Assembly: GCA_043228905.1 (NCBI GenBank)
Contig: JBHGNT010000014.1
Location: forward strand, 1,922,001-1,986,000
Length of the DNA: 64,000 bases
From: Azolla caroliniana
Lineage: Eukaryota > Plantae > Polypodiophyta
Reading direction: 5' to 3'
The notes beneath the pieces are model-generated. The model ran no database searches. It had not been told where the DNA came from and saw only the letters and a program-made list of their open reading frames with translations. Positions 10,090-21,012 of this stretch are shown here, piece after piece. The position numbers were made by a program, and so were the translations under genes. Position 1 is the stretch's first letter; every line of letters begins with the position of its first letter.

Positions 10090-13000
10090 TGTTGGCTCCT
10101 CCCATAGGAGGGACATATTTGTACCATGATTGACTTAACATCACAGAATGGGAGGCATTTTGATTCAGGTTATGAATGGTGGATACAAGCGATGTCTGAC
10201 CACTAGGATTAATTTGACAACTGGACATTGTCATCAAAGGACATTCATTCCAAATATCGGCAGTCATCCTAGATTTAGAGGCTCCAGGAGTATACCATTT
10301 GCTGTTAGGTCAACCATGGCTTCAAGCAACCAATGTCAAAAGAAATTGGCAGAAGAATCTTTTCACTTTCCGGAAGGGTAAGACAAAAATCAGAGTTCCA
10401 ACTCAGGAGAAGGTGATAACAAAACGAGAATGGGTGCTTTTATATCCCGAATCCGTCAATTTGATGGAAGGATTAGATGATCGGGAATTAGATCAATACT
10501 TAGATGAAAATCCCAAGATCCTTTCCTTATTTAAAATAGATGTTGTCGAAATCCTCATGTTGTACTTCAACAATGAAGACCAGGATACAAAAGTCCATGT
10601 CGATCCTAAAACTTTAATGGAGTTACAACAGCAACATGAGGCCATGGAGAAAGAGATGCAAGTATCATACTGAGTGCAACCTTCAACACTTGAAGAATTA
10701 CATCCAGTAGAAAATGGCAGTGAGCCAAAAACTATTTTAATACGATTGGAAGAGAAGAACAAGCTCATAGCATTACTACGACAGTATAAGGATGTATTTG
10801 CATGGTCATTCGAGGATATGAAAGGGCTTGATCTTGCCTTCTATCAACATCAAATTAATTTGCACAAGGATGCTAAGCCAATACAACAACGATGATATTG
10901 AATAAATCCCAATTACGCCACTCGAGAAAAAGAAGAAATAGACAAACTGTTAAGGGTCAGATTCATTCGATTAGTAAAGAAGGCCACTTGGCTTAGCCCA
11001 ATAGTCATGATACCCAAGAAGAATGGGAAAATTCGGATTTGTGTCAACTACAGAAAACTTAATGCTGCAACAGTCACATATGCTTTTCCTTTACCATTCA
11101 TAGATGCAATACTCAACATAGTGGCAGGCCACAAAATATATAGTTTTCTAAATGGATTTAGCGGCTACAATCAAAATCCGATTTGGATGCACCTGGATGA
11201 ACAAGAAAAGACGGCCTTTGTCACCAAATGGGGTGTTTTCATCGCAGTTGTAATGATGTTCGGCCTGAAAACAACGCGGGCTACGTTTCAAAGAATCATT
11301 GTCAAAATCTTTTCGGGCTATATTGCTGCATTTATGCAGTTTTTCTTGATGACTTTGTGGTCTATAATCGGAGAATCGACCATTTGGAACATTTACAACT
11401 CTGCTTGGACAAGTGTCGACAAGCTCGGCTAAGTCTAAATCCAACCTAAATGTGCATTTGGTGTAACAAGTGGTACATTGCTACGACACATCGTCAGTCA
11501 AGACAGAATTGTTGTCGACCCTAACAAAGTTAAGGCAATAATGGAAGCACCACCTCCAGCTAATGATAAGGCATTAAGTCGATTCTTGGGCCAAATTAGA
11601 TGGCATCATCGAATGATAAGGTATTTGGCAAAGGTTGTTATGCCAGTTCACATTGAATTACACCAAACACCTATCTTGTGGTCAACAACAGAACAAGATG
11701 CTTGCAACTCCTTAAAGAAGATGTAGTTGAGTTCTGGTCATTCAACCACCTAACTAGACGAAAAAATTTCATGTATTTGTCGATGCCTTGGACATAGCAA
11801 TCGGAAGTGCCTTAATGAAATTTGTCGAAACATAATTGGTATCGACCCATCTATATTGAGAGTCGGAAGTTATCGACTACTAAAAGAAACTACTCGACGA
11901 CCGAACGAGAAGCGTTAGGCATGATTTACAATGTCAACAAATTGAGACACTACGTCGAAAATTCACATTCCATGTCGAGCATTCTGCATTTAACAATCTA
12001 AATAGTCTTTAACAAGAAAATTAGCTAGAGGACGCTTCTGTTGCAAGAATTTGAATTCGACATAATTCATCGACCTGGGTACAACATGCAGTGACCGACT
12101 ATTTAAGTCGACTAGAGTTGGGAAAGCCAGGCGAAGGGGTGCGGGATGATTTCCCAGATGCTTAACTATTTAGGTTCAATGTTGTAAAGTGGACAGAATT
12201 GGACGAGGAATCCGAGGACTTATGGATTATAGACATGGTTTCATTCCTCAACGCCGAATTACCTCCACAATGGATGTCGCCAGAAGAAAGGAAGAGACTA
12301 GCTATTCGGAGTGGGAACTTTTGTCTTATCGAGGATACGTTATATCATAAAGGGGCTGATGGAATTTGGAGAAGATACATATGACTATTCTAGAAGGAAG
12401 TAGTATTACGAGAAGCCCATTGTGGAGTGGCTAGAGGCTATTATGCAGGAGAGATGACTACTCGAAAAATATGGAATAGTGGGTTATGGTGGCCTAGAAC
12501 ACTAAAGGATGCAATCAACTACTCTCGACAATGTGATTTATGTCAGCGAGTTGGGGAACCAAACGAAAAGGACCAAATGCCACATTAACCTATTTTGCCA
12601 TTCGAACCGTTTCAAAAATGGGGGATCAACTTTGTTGGCCCATTCAAACCTGCAACAATACAAACAGGTAATCGATATGTAATCGTCGCAACGGATTATT
12701 GTACGAAGTGGGTTGAAGGGAAACCAACGCGCGACCCTATAGCAACTTCGACAGCAAAGTTCATGTATCAATGCATTTGGTGCAAATTCGATTGTCCAAT
12801 CGAGCTCGTAAGCGATCAGGGTACTCATTTCATTAGTAGTGAACAAGAAGAGTAAACCTTATTACCCACAAGAAAATGGATTAGCAGAATCAACCAATAA
12901 GACGTTGTAGATGTCTTAAAGAAAATCGTCAATGAAAACCATACGGATTGGGATCAGAAGTTACATAGTGCATTGTGGGTGTATGTACAAGACCATGATT

Positions 13001-13476
13001 TAGTCGACTCCATTTCAGTTAGTGTTTGGGCTCGATATAGTAATGCCCATCAAATTTCAAATCCTGAGTTTAAGAGTGCAGGTGGCAGAACAACTAGATG
13101 AAGAGCAATCGGAAAGAATTGAGAGGAGCATCTTCTCACATTGGAGGAAAATTGAGTACAACCAATGTGGCATCTAGAGCAAAAATAGAGGAAGACAAAA
13201 GCATTTATCGGTCAACATCGACTAGGGAAAGAAAAATTATTCAACATCGGCAAACCAGTATTAGTTTTCAAGACCAAAATGGGTTCCATGCTAGGAAAGT
13301 TACGGTTCAAATGGACAAATCCCTATTGGATAATCAACAATAACAATAGTTCCCACCAACTAGGCACATTAGCAGGAGAATTGTTCCCAAAATGGGTTAG
13401 TAGATTCCGAATGAAACCTTACAAAGGTGCGACCCTGACCAATCCATTCATGGCTCCAGACAACCAGCTTGGCTGA
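10090..13476 (+). mobile_element. Ty3/gypsy (non-chromovirus, Athila/Tat-like) pol remnant, PR-RT-RH-INT
   Basis: LLGQPWL; WLSPIV..PKKNGKIRICVNYRKLN; GFSGYNQ; MMFGLK; FLDDF; NYSTTEREAL; PFQKWGINFVGP; VSDQGTHF; many frameshifts. Confidence 0.9.
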
Positions 13477-13556
13477 CAGAGACAAACATGATTGGGTAGT
13501 CGACAAACTAGCCCACTTTTGGTCAAACGGCCATAAGGAGTGAAAAGGGTTATTTT

Positions 13557-14385
13557 TGTAAATATCTTGTATTATTACTTAGTATTTCCAATCATGACAA
13601 AAAAAAAAACAGAAAACGTTTCTTGGCCTAAATACTTCTTGGCACCCTTACTTTGCCACCTAGTATATATTTAGAACCCACACCATCATTAAGAAATTAG
13701 TATAGAACCCTTTCGACTATTCACTAGGGTCGAATGACTAACTCAAAGTCGTTCTATCAATAGACTGTGATTGGAGATGGAGGCGGTCGACTTTGATTAT
13801 CAATTACTTAAGCACTATGGATGTAAATACTTAATTACCTAATTAACTCACTCTGTTACAATTACTACTCTAATCAACTGTTTAGATCATAAGTAAGAGG
13901 AAATTCAGAATTGCAATTAACACAAATTACTAAATAATTAATTCAGAATACAAAATAGTCATTTTCACAGAATATATTGTTAACTAAAAACTCTATTCAG
14001 TAATAGCAATACAGATCGATAATTATACAGTGCCATCAACCCCTTCTTATTGGTGGCCTGAGAGTCTTTTCAAGAATCGTACTAACTACCATATTCAGCA
14101 AGAACTATTTGGTTGCAACTTAACAAATTGTCCTAATATTTTTTATACTTGGCCTAATAATATATTTCGACCATTACTTTTACCTTGTCTGATTACACAC
14201 CTTTATGTTACAAATATATTACATTCGACTATGACTCCGACTACGACTATACTTAGACTATGACTAAACTACGAGTAGTTTGTCAGCCCATGTACTTTGG
14301 TAGCTAACCGGCCAACATTGAGATAAAGGAGTTGATTGTGATCATGTGAGATGAGTACTTGGATTAAGATAAAGGAGTTGAATCT
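13557..14385 (+). repeat. Probable 3' LTR or 3' region of the gypsy element, cut by the next insertion
   Basis: Purine tract aaggagtgaaaaggg shortly before tgtaaata; TATA-like tatatattta near 13664; no partner LTR in the window. Confidence 0.35.
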
Positions 14386-14421
14386 TGTAAAGAATCGAGA
14401 ATGATTCTGTGTAGCGGAAGG

Positions 14422-14456
<35 letters not shown>

Positions 14457-17400
14457 ACAAGAGAGAATGAGAGAGAGGGAGAGTGAGTGAGAGCTATAAA
14501 CAAGAAACTATATATTACATCCAATATTATCTAAGTTACAAAAGGTTGGTTTAAATACCAACTAGTGTAGGGTAAATGCCCTTTCTACTAATTACAAAAA
14601 TGTCCTAGTAAGTTGTCCACCAACTAGTGTGAACACAATTCCTATGGGAAGTTGAGTTCAATTCTCAACACGGCCCTTCGAACACAACTTCTCAACACTT
14701 CGATTCGGCTGAATCGGCTTTCGCTTTTCGAGAGGCTAGTCGACACGGCTTACGATTTCGATTTTCGATTGTTTGTCCGTACTTCGACTCCTCTGTTTGG
14801 CTTCGGTCAACTGATCGGCTATTGTTCGGTGTCAGTTGCTATTGTACTCCCCCTCAAGCTCGGCTAGTTAGTGATCGAGAGTTCAAGGTTCGTCACGAAC
14901 TGGCTCAGCTTGTCGATACCCAAGGCTTTTGTGAAGATGTCAACCACTTGAAGATTCGTGTTGGTGTGTTGTAGGTCGACATCTCCAGCTTGTACGCGCT
15001 CACGGATGAAGTCATAGTGTACTTCGATGTGTTTAGTCCACGCGTGAAACACGAGGTTCTTGAGCCAAGTAGATACTGCTCATGTTGTCGCGGTATAGGC
15101 GAATTGGATCCTTCATGGGTGTGTTTTCGGGTGGGGGGTGAAACCTAGAATGGCTTCACCCCCCTCCCAAGGGGGTTACGATAGTGAGAGAGCTAGAGAG
15201 AAAGACAAATACAAAATGACACAAAATGAGGGGAAAAATGTCTATCCCATTATGCCCCATGGGTGGGGTTTATATAGTACAAGAGGTAACCGTTACAAAT
15301 AAAGAATGAGACAAGTAGGGAGTTACATTACTTACCCACTTTCTCACCTTTGTACACATGCACACAAATATGCATGTGTTCATACACATACTCATCCTCA
15401 TACCTTCATTTATAATACACATACACATCAACCACATCATTACACATACCCTTATGCCTTCCCGTATATTCTTATGGGTAACACATGGCACGCACGCCTG
15501 TGGGACAATGCATTGCACGGTGAACCCACTCACCATGGCAACTCTTCTCGACCGGAACTCCATCGGTCGTCTAAACGGTCGGAAATCCCTCGACTGGATC
15601 ACTGCTCTACGATCGATAACTTCAATCGGAGCTTTGCTTGACTCCAACCTTCTCGTTAGGTCAGCACAAGTCACGATTGGATCATACACCAATCGGCTAG
15701 TTCAATGTGGCATGGGTTGTGAAATCGTGTTGTGCGTTTGTGTATTCTTTCTTTTATCACATGAAGCGAGTTTTATATTTTGTACCCTTGGTCTCTAAAA
15801 TTTTTACCCTCAAATTTTTTGAAATTTCCCTCTCTGGTTGTCTTCACGGCCATCACTCGACCCTACTCTCGGTCACGCATCTGGGCCATACTCTCGAGCG
15901 CACGTCTCGGCCATACACTCGATCGTGCATCTCGGTTGTCATCTCGGCCGCGCGTTCCGACCATCTTCTCGACCGCGCGTCTTGACTGTGGGGCTGTCCG
16001 CCCCAATATGAGCTTTACTATGGCTGCCCACTTGCTCCCCATCTTCCGTCCCAACACTTCGCGCTTGATGTGAGGCCTCAAATGGTTTCCTAGGTTCTCT
16101 GCATCAAACTGATATGATAGAGAGACGAGTGTAGAGAGTTTGCTAAAGGAATGTATACCCTTTCGTTTTCTAAAATTTTGTCGAATGCCCATCCATTTCG
16201 TCACACTGTGATGATTCCCTCAAGATTCGTCCAATGCCCTATGCCCCACTCTCTCTTTGCCTTTCCCTCTTCTTCTTTTCTTTTTCTTTCTTTGTGCCTG
16301 CTTTCTATCTGCATCGTTTTCTTCTTGTTCTTCGTTTTCTCTTTCTTCTCTGTTTATTACTCAGCTTCATCTTCATCCGTTTCTCCGTCTTTTCGTTTTC
16401 TTCTCTTCCTCCTCTTTTTCTTCTCTGCTTCTGTCATACCCTCTCTGTCTTCTATGATGGCGATGGTGATGATCAACTTCTTCTTCTTCTTCATTCTCTG
16501 ATGATCATCTTCTTCTCTGCCCGACGGTTTGACCGGCTCTGCCGTCGCCGACTGTCAGTTGTCGTTGTTCATTGTTTGCCAACTACCTCGGCCGAATGTC
16601 TCTAGGTCTTCGTCGCCGTCTATCTGGCCGACCGTCTCTCTGTCCGGCCGTTGTTGCCATCGCCGTTTGTCAGTTGCTGGACCTTCTTTTTACCACTTGT
16701 CCACCTGTTCAGCCGTGGATGTGCACACCACATGGCTATGGCCACCATCCTTTTCATTTGCTTCTACTGAGACAAAAGCAATCCTTTCACCTCCAGCATA
16801 TATGGACATCGGTATTCACCATCTCTGCGTAGTAGTAGTCAACAGGTCTCAGGAAAGGACTTTCCAGAGACTGGAACTTCATGACTTTCGTCAAGATCTT
16901 GAGTGTAGAAAGCCACCTTTTTGAGTGATGTCATCGCTCACATTGACCTCTGCATTATTGATGTCAAAGGTAACAGAGATCGACTCGACTGTTGCCAATC
17001 GAGTTCTTCAGGCCATCCAATCTCCTCTCTTCGAGCTTCCCATGGTTGTAGACGGCATAATAGATCTGCCTAGTGGCAAAGTGGTATGGGGATTGGGATG
17101 AGAACACATGGATTTTGACACTAGATAGCCATTGAGCGATGTCAATGATCAGAGGCAAGTACTGAAAATGGAAGAGAGAGAAGCTACGATGAGGAGGTCA
17201 TAGATAGCATGTTTTCTTCTTTGAAGACACCATACCATGGTTGCTCTCCTCGTGTCTTCTTCATCTATTCTTCTTCTGTGCTTCAAATGGATCTATCTCT
17301 TCTTCCTCTCGTTCTCTCACACGCTCATCATGAACTCCATGAGTGATTGCCGTCCTGACAAGAACTCGCACCACCAGCCATCTCCGGATGTCTCTGAGTT

Positions 17401-19063
17401 AGACCAAGCTAGAAGAGAGTTTGTTTCCATCCAGAAGCCAGAGTTTCTGCCTCCAAGTGAGCAAAAGGCGATTGAGATGATGAGACTTTAATGAGAAGAA
17501 GAATTAGATAAATCCCCACAATAGAAAACAACACACATAGAACTAATTAGAGAAATAAGATAAAGCAACAAGAACATCATATGAGTAGCTTTACTTATGT
17601 AGGTTACTAGTAGAAAATATTCCAATACTCATAAATCAAAATGTATGGTATGCATCACTCTCTAAGAGAGGGGACAAACAAACAAACACGCAGAGAGATG
17701 GAGAGAGAGATTCGTGATGGAGAGGGAGAGTAAAACTTCTTCTCAAGGGAGGGTCGAGAGAGATTTGTGATTGGAGAGGGAGAGTGAAACTTCTTCTCAA
17801 GGGAGGGTCGTCCGTTCGGGCGTGCCAAAAGTGTTGTCGGGTCGGGGGTGAAACCTAGAATGGCTTCACCCCCCTCCCAAGGGGGTTACGATAGTGAGAG
17901 AGCTAGAGAGAAAGACAAATACAAAATGACACAAAATGAGGGGAAAAATGTCTATCCCATTATGCCCCATGGGTGGGGTTTATATAGTACAAGAGGTAAC
18001 CGTTACAAATAAAGAATGAGACAAGTAGGGAGTTACATTGCTTACCCACTTTCTCACCTTCGTACACATGCACACAAATATGCATGTGTTCATACACATA
18101 CTCATCCTCATACATTCATTTATAATACACATACACATCAACCACATCATTACACATACCCTTATGCCTTCCCGTATATTCTTACGGGTAATAGGGTGCG
18201 CCCAGATCCTTCAGGATACGCTTGACCATACGGCTTTGCATGCGGCGACTGCTACGCCCCTCTATTCGGCTTCTATGCTCGATAGTGCGACTGTCACCTA
18301 CTTCTTACTACTCCAGGAGATCGCTTCGCTACCGAGGGAGAAGACAAAACCTGACGTGGATCGTCTATAAGCTTTATAGCCTGCCCAGTCCATGTCTGTG
18401 TACCCTTCAAGTCAAATAGGCGTATTCGACTTATACATGATGTTGTATTCCATCATCATATTGACATACCAAAGTGTCCTCTTACCGCAATTGAGATGAT
18501 CATTTTGTAGGTTCTGCATGAATTGGCTAAGTAGGCCGACCAAATGCTGAGGTCGGGTCATGTGATGATTAGGTAGATGAGGCTACTGATCAGTTGATGA
18601 TACTGAGTCGGCTTGCACTTTTCAGTTCCCGAATTGACATCGAGCTTGAGATTTTGGTCAAGAGGGGTAGACACAGGTTTGCACTCGGTCATTCTAAACT
18701 TGTAGAGTAAGTTGAGAACGTAGTGTCGTTGAGAGATAAGTATCCCGACTGGTGTCTGAATTACTTTGATACCGAGGAAGCACTGGAGCTCGTGCAGGTC
18801 TTTCACTTCGAACCTACTAGATAGGAGTGATTTGACCTTATTGATCCTGGCAAGATCCTTTCCTCCGATGACCGGATCATCCACTTACAGGATGATGACA
18901 ATTGGATTGTTCGACTCGTTTCGGATGTAGAGGGAGTTGAAGAATTTCGACATTCGAAAACTGATTTGATGAAGATATTGTGTTATCTTTGAATTCCAAG
19001 CACGTGTTCCTTGCTTAAGGCCGTAGAATGGCTTCTTGAGTCGGCACACGGTATCGTGATGTT
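14386..19063 (-). mobile_element. copia 3' half (3' LTR 14386-14670, RNase H, RT), interrupted by 15122-18193 and cut at 19064
   Basis: LTR termini match the 2701 family (tgttgagaat..., ...gattctttaca); TKHIEVHYDFIRE..DIFTKAL; RT segments KKPFYGLKQ, FLGIKV, LISSLIYL. Confidence 0.88.
15122..18193 (-). mobile_element. Non-autonomous LTR retroelement (LARD/TRIM-like), 3.07 kb
   Basis: 362-bp direct repeats 15122-15483 and 17832-18193 (7 differences by eye); perfect TSD gggtg (15117-15121, 18194-18198); TATATAAA on minus strand of the LTR; no gag/pol motifs recognised internally. Confidence 0.92.
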
Positions 19064-20078
19064 TGTAACACATAGTGTGGAACCACCCTCGAAAAGAAGT
19101 AAAATAGTAGTTCAAATAAACTAGTATTGTGAAGTCAACTCTTTTTCATTTGGCAAAGATAATTCCTTATAAATAAAAGGTCAAAGGATTGAACCTTACT
19201 ATAAATAATGATGAATATTAAGTTAGAGGCAGTTTTCAAAAGTAGACAAAAGTAGAGAAAAAAAAGCCACGCGTGGATATAAGGAGCACAACAGAGAAAA
19301 AAGCTCATAATTTCCTCGCTAGATGTCCAAATTCGAAACCAAAAGATGCATAATAAACCTAACACAAAGGGTTTTCCAAAAATATCTTGCATGTGAAATT
19401 TGGGGCTAGAAAACAGAAATAGTGAGGAAAAGAAAAGTTCACTCATGTAGACAAGCTTTTTTTAGGGGAAAAAGGCAAGCAATCCTAAACCTATAAATAA
19501 GAGGCTATTCTAGTGAATAAGGGGGGGAGGGAGAAGGAATGCGGAAGCTCTACTCAATTGGAAGGCAAAAGAAGAAGGATCAACAACAAAGAATCACCTT
19601 CTTCTATATTCCACTCTCTTCTTTCCTCCACCTCTCTTCCCCCTTCCTTTATAAATTATCTCTCATATTCATATCAAACCCGTTGTAAAATTTATTCTTA
19701 TTTCATAAAAGAATATATTATATTGTAATAAAGTAATGTTTGGTTTCACCTACATGTCTTATATGTTATTGTCATTTGTGCTTATTTGTTTGTGTGTCTT
19801 GTGACAAGGGAGCATTTCGGGTTTGCCCATACACCTTTCCTTTCACAAAGGCATTCAAACTTACGTATCTTATATGTTATCATCATTTGTGCTTATCTGT
19901 TTGTGTGTCTTGTGACAAGGGAGCGTTTCGGGCCCGTGCACCTCTCCTTTCACAAAGGCATTCAAATTTTCATGTCTTCCGAGTTGTTGTAAATCTTGCT
20001 TGTGTGATCGTGCGACTTGTGGCAAGGGAGCGTTCGGGATTTCCCATGCACCTCTCCTTTCACAAAGGCATTCGAAAT
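19064..20078 (+). repeat. Long LTR-like sequence (probably gypsy) with three ~105-110-bp tandem units at its 3' end, cut by the next insertion
   Basis: Begins tgtaacac inside copia RT; cctataaataa near 19490; repeated ttgtgacaagggagc...cctttcacaaaggcattc at 19761-20078. Confidence 0.65.
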
Positions 20079-20769
20079 TGTTAGGAATATGAATTTGAAT
20101 CGGGATGATTTGGACTACGAACTCAATCAAGACGACGAAAATGAGAGTACACAAAAAAAAATTAACGTGGAAAACCCAAAATAGGGAAAAACCACAAAAC
20201 CCCTTCGGGTTCAAAACAAGTTCATATATATATATATAAATATAAATAGAACTAATTATAACTTTTCTTATAATTTACCCAAAGCCTATTCGGCGTTCAG
20301 CTGACTCAATGTTGTGGGCTCCACTTGAGTGGGCAAGCCCCAACCATTATCCCCCCCCCCCCCCCCCCCACCCCCCCCCCCCCCCCCCCCCGTCTCAAGT
20401 GGGGGGCACAACCAAGTTTGCCTTTTGTTTGCAAAATTCAAGCTTCTCCCTTGACAAACTCTTAGTCATCATGTCGGAGCCATTCTCATTGGTATGTATC
20501 TTCTCAATGTGCATTTTCTTTTTTACCAGCACATGTCTAATCCAATGGTATCTAACATCAATGTGCTTTGACTTAGAGTGAAAGGAAGAATTCTTGCTTA
20601 AGTGGATAGCACTTCAGCTATCACAATACAAAATGAACCTTTCATGGGTCAACCCCAAATCTTGTAGGAATTTCTTTAGCCATAATAATTCCTTACTAGC
20701 TTCTATAGCAGTAATATACTCGGCCTCCGTTGTGGATAATGCCACACATTTTTGCAATCTCGATTGCCA
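20079..20769 (-). mobile_element. Tnt1/Tork-like copia 3' LTR (~20079-20345), G-rich PPT region and RNase H, ending at the gap
   Basis: Minus translation SRLQKCVALSTTEAEY...CDS*SAIHLSKNSSFHSKSKHIDVRYHWIR..DMMTKSL; LTR carries the acgtggaaaaccc..gggaaaaaccac box. Confidence 0.82.
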
Positions 20770-20869
20770 NNNNNNNNNNNNNNNNNNNNNNNNNNNNNNN
20801 NNNNNNNNNNNNNNNNNNNNNNNNNNNNNNNNNNNNNNNNNNNNNNNNNNNNNNNNNNNNNNNNNNNNN
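20770..20869. other. Assembly gap (100 N)
   Basis: Run of N; sequences on each side belong to different elements. Confidence 0.99.
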
Positions 20870-21012
20870 AGGACCTAAAAAAAAGATTTCTACAGACAAC
20901 CCTAAGGATGTGGTGCGTGAAAATCCATATGCAACATTGGAGCATGCTTTGACTAGTTTCATGACATCGGTTGCTCTAAAGGAGCAAGTGCTCCCATAAC
21001 ATTGTTGATTGA

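Noticed and set aside
16151-16605. Hydrophobic F/L/S-rich ORFs suggesting an env-like membrane protein
   Set aside because: Product of a CTT-rich low-complexity strand; seen in all three frames.
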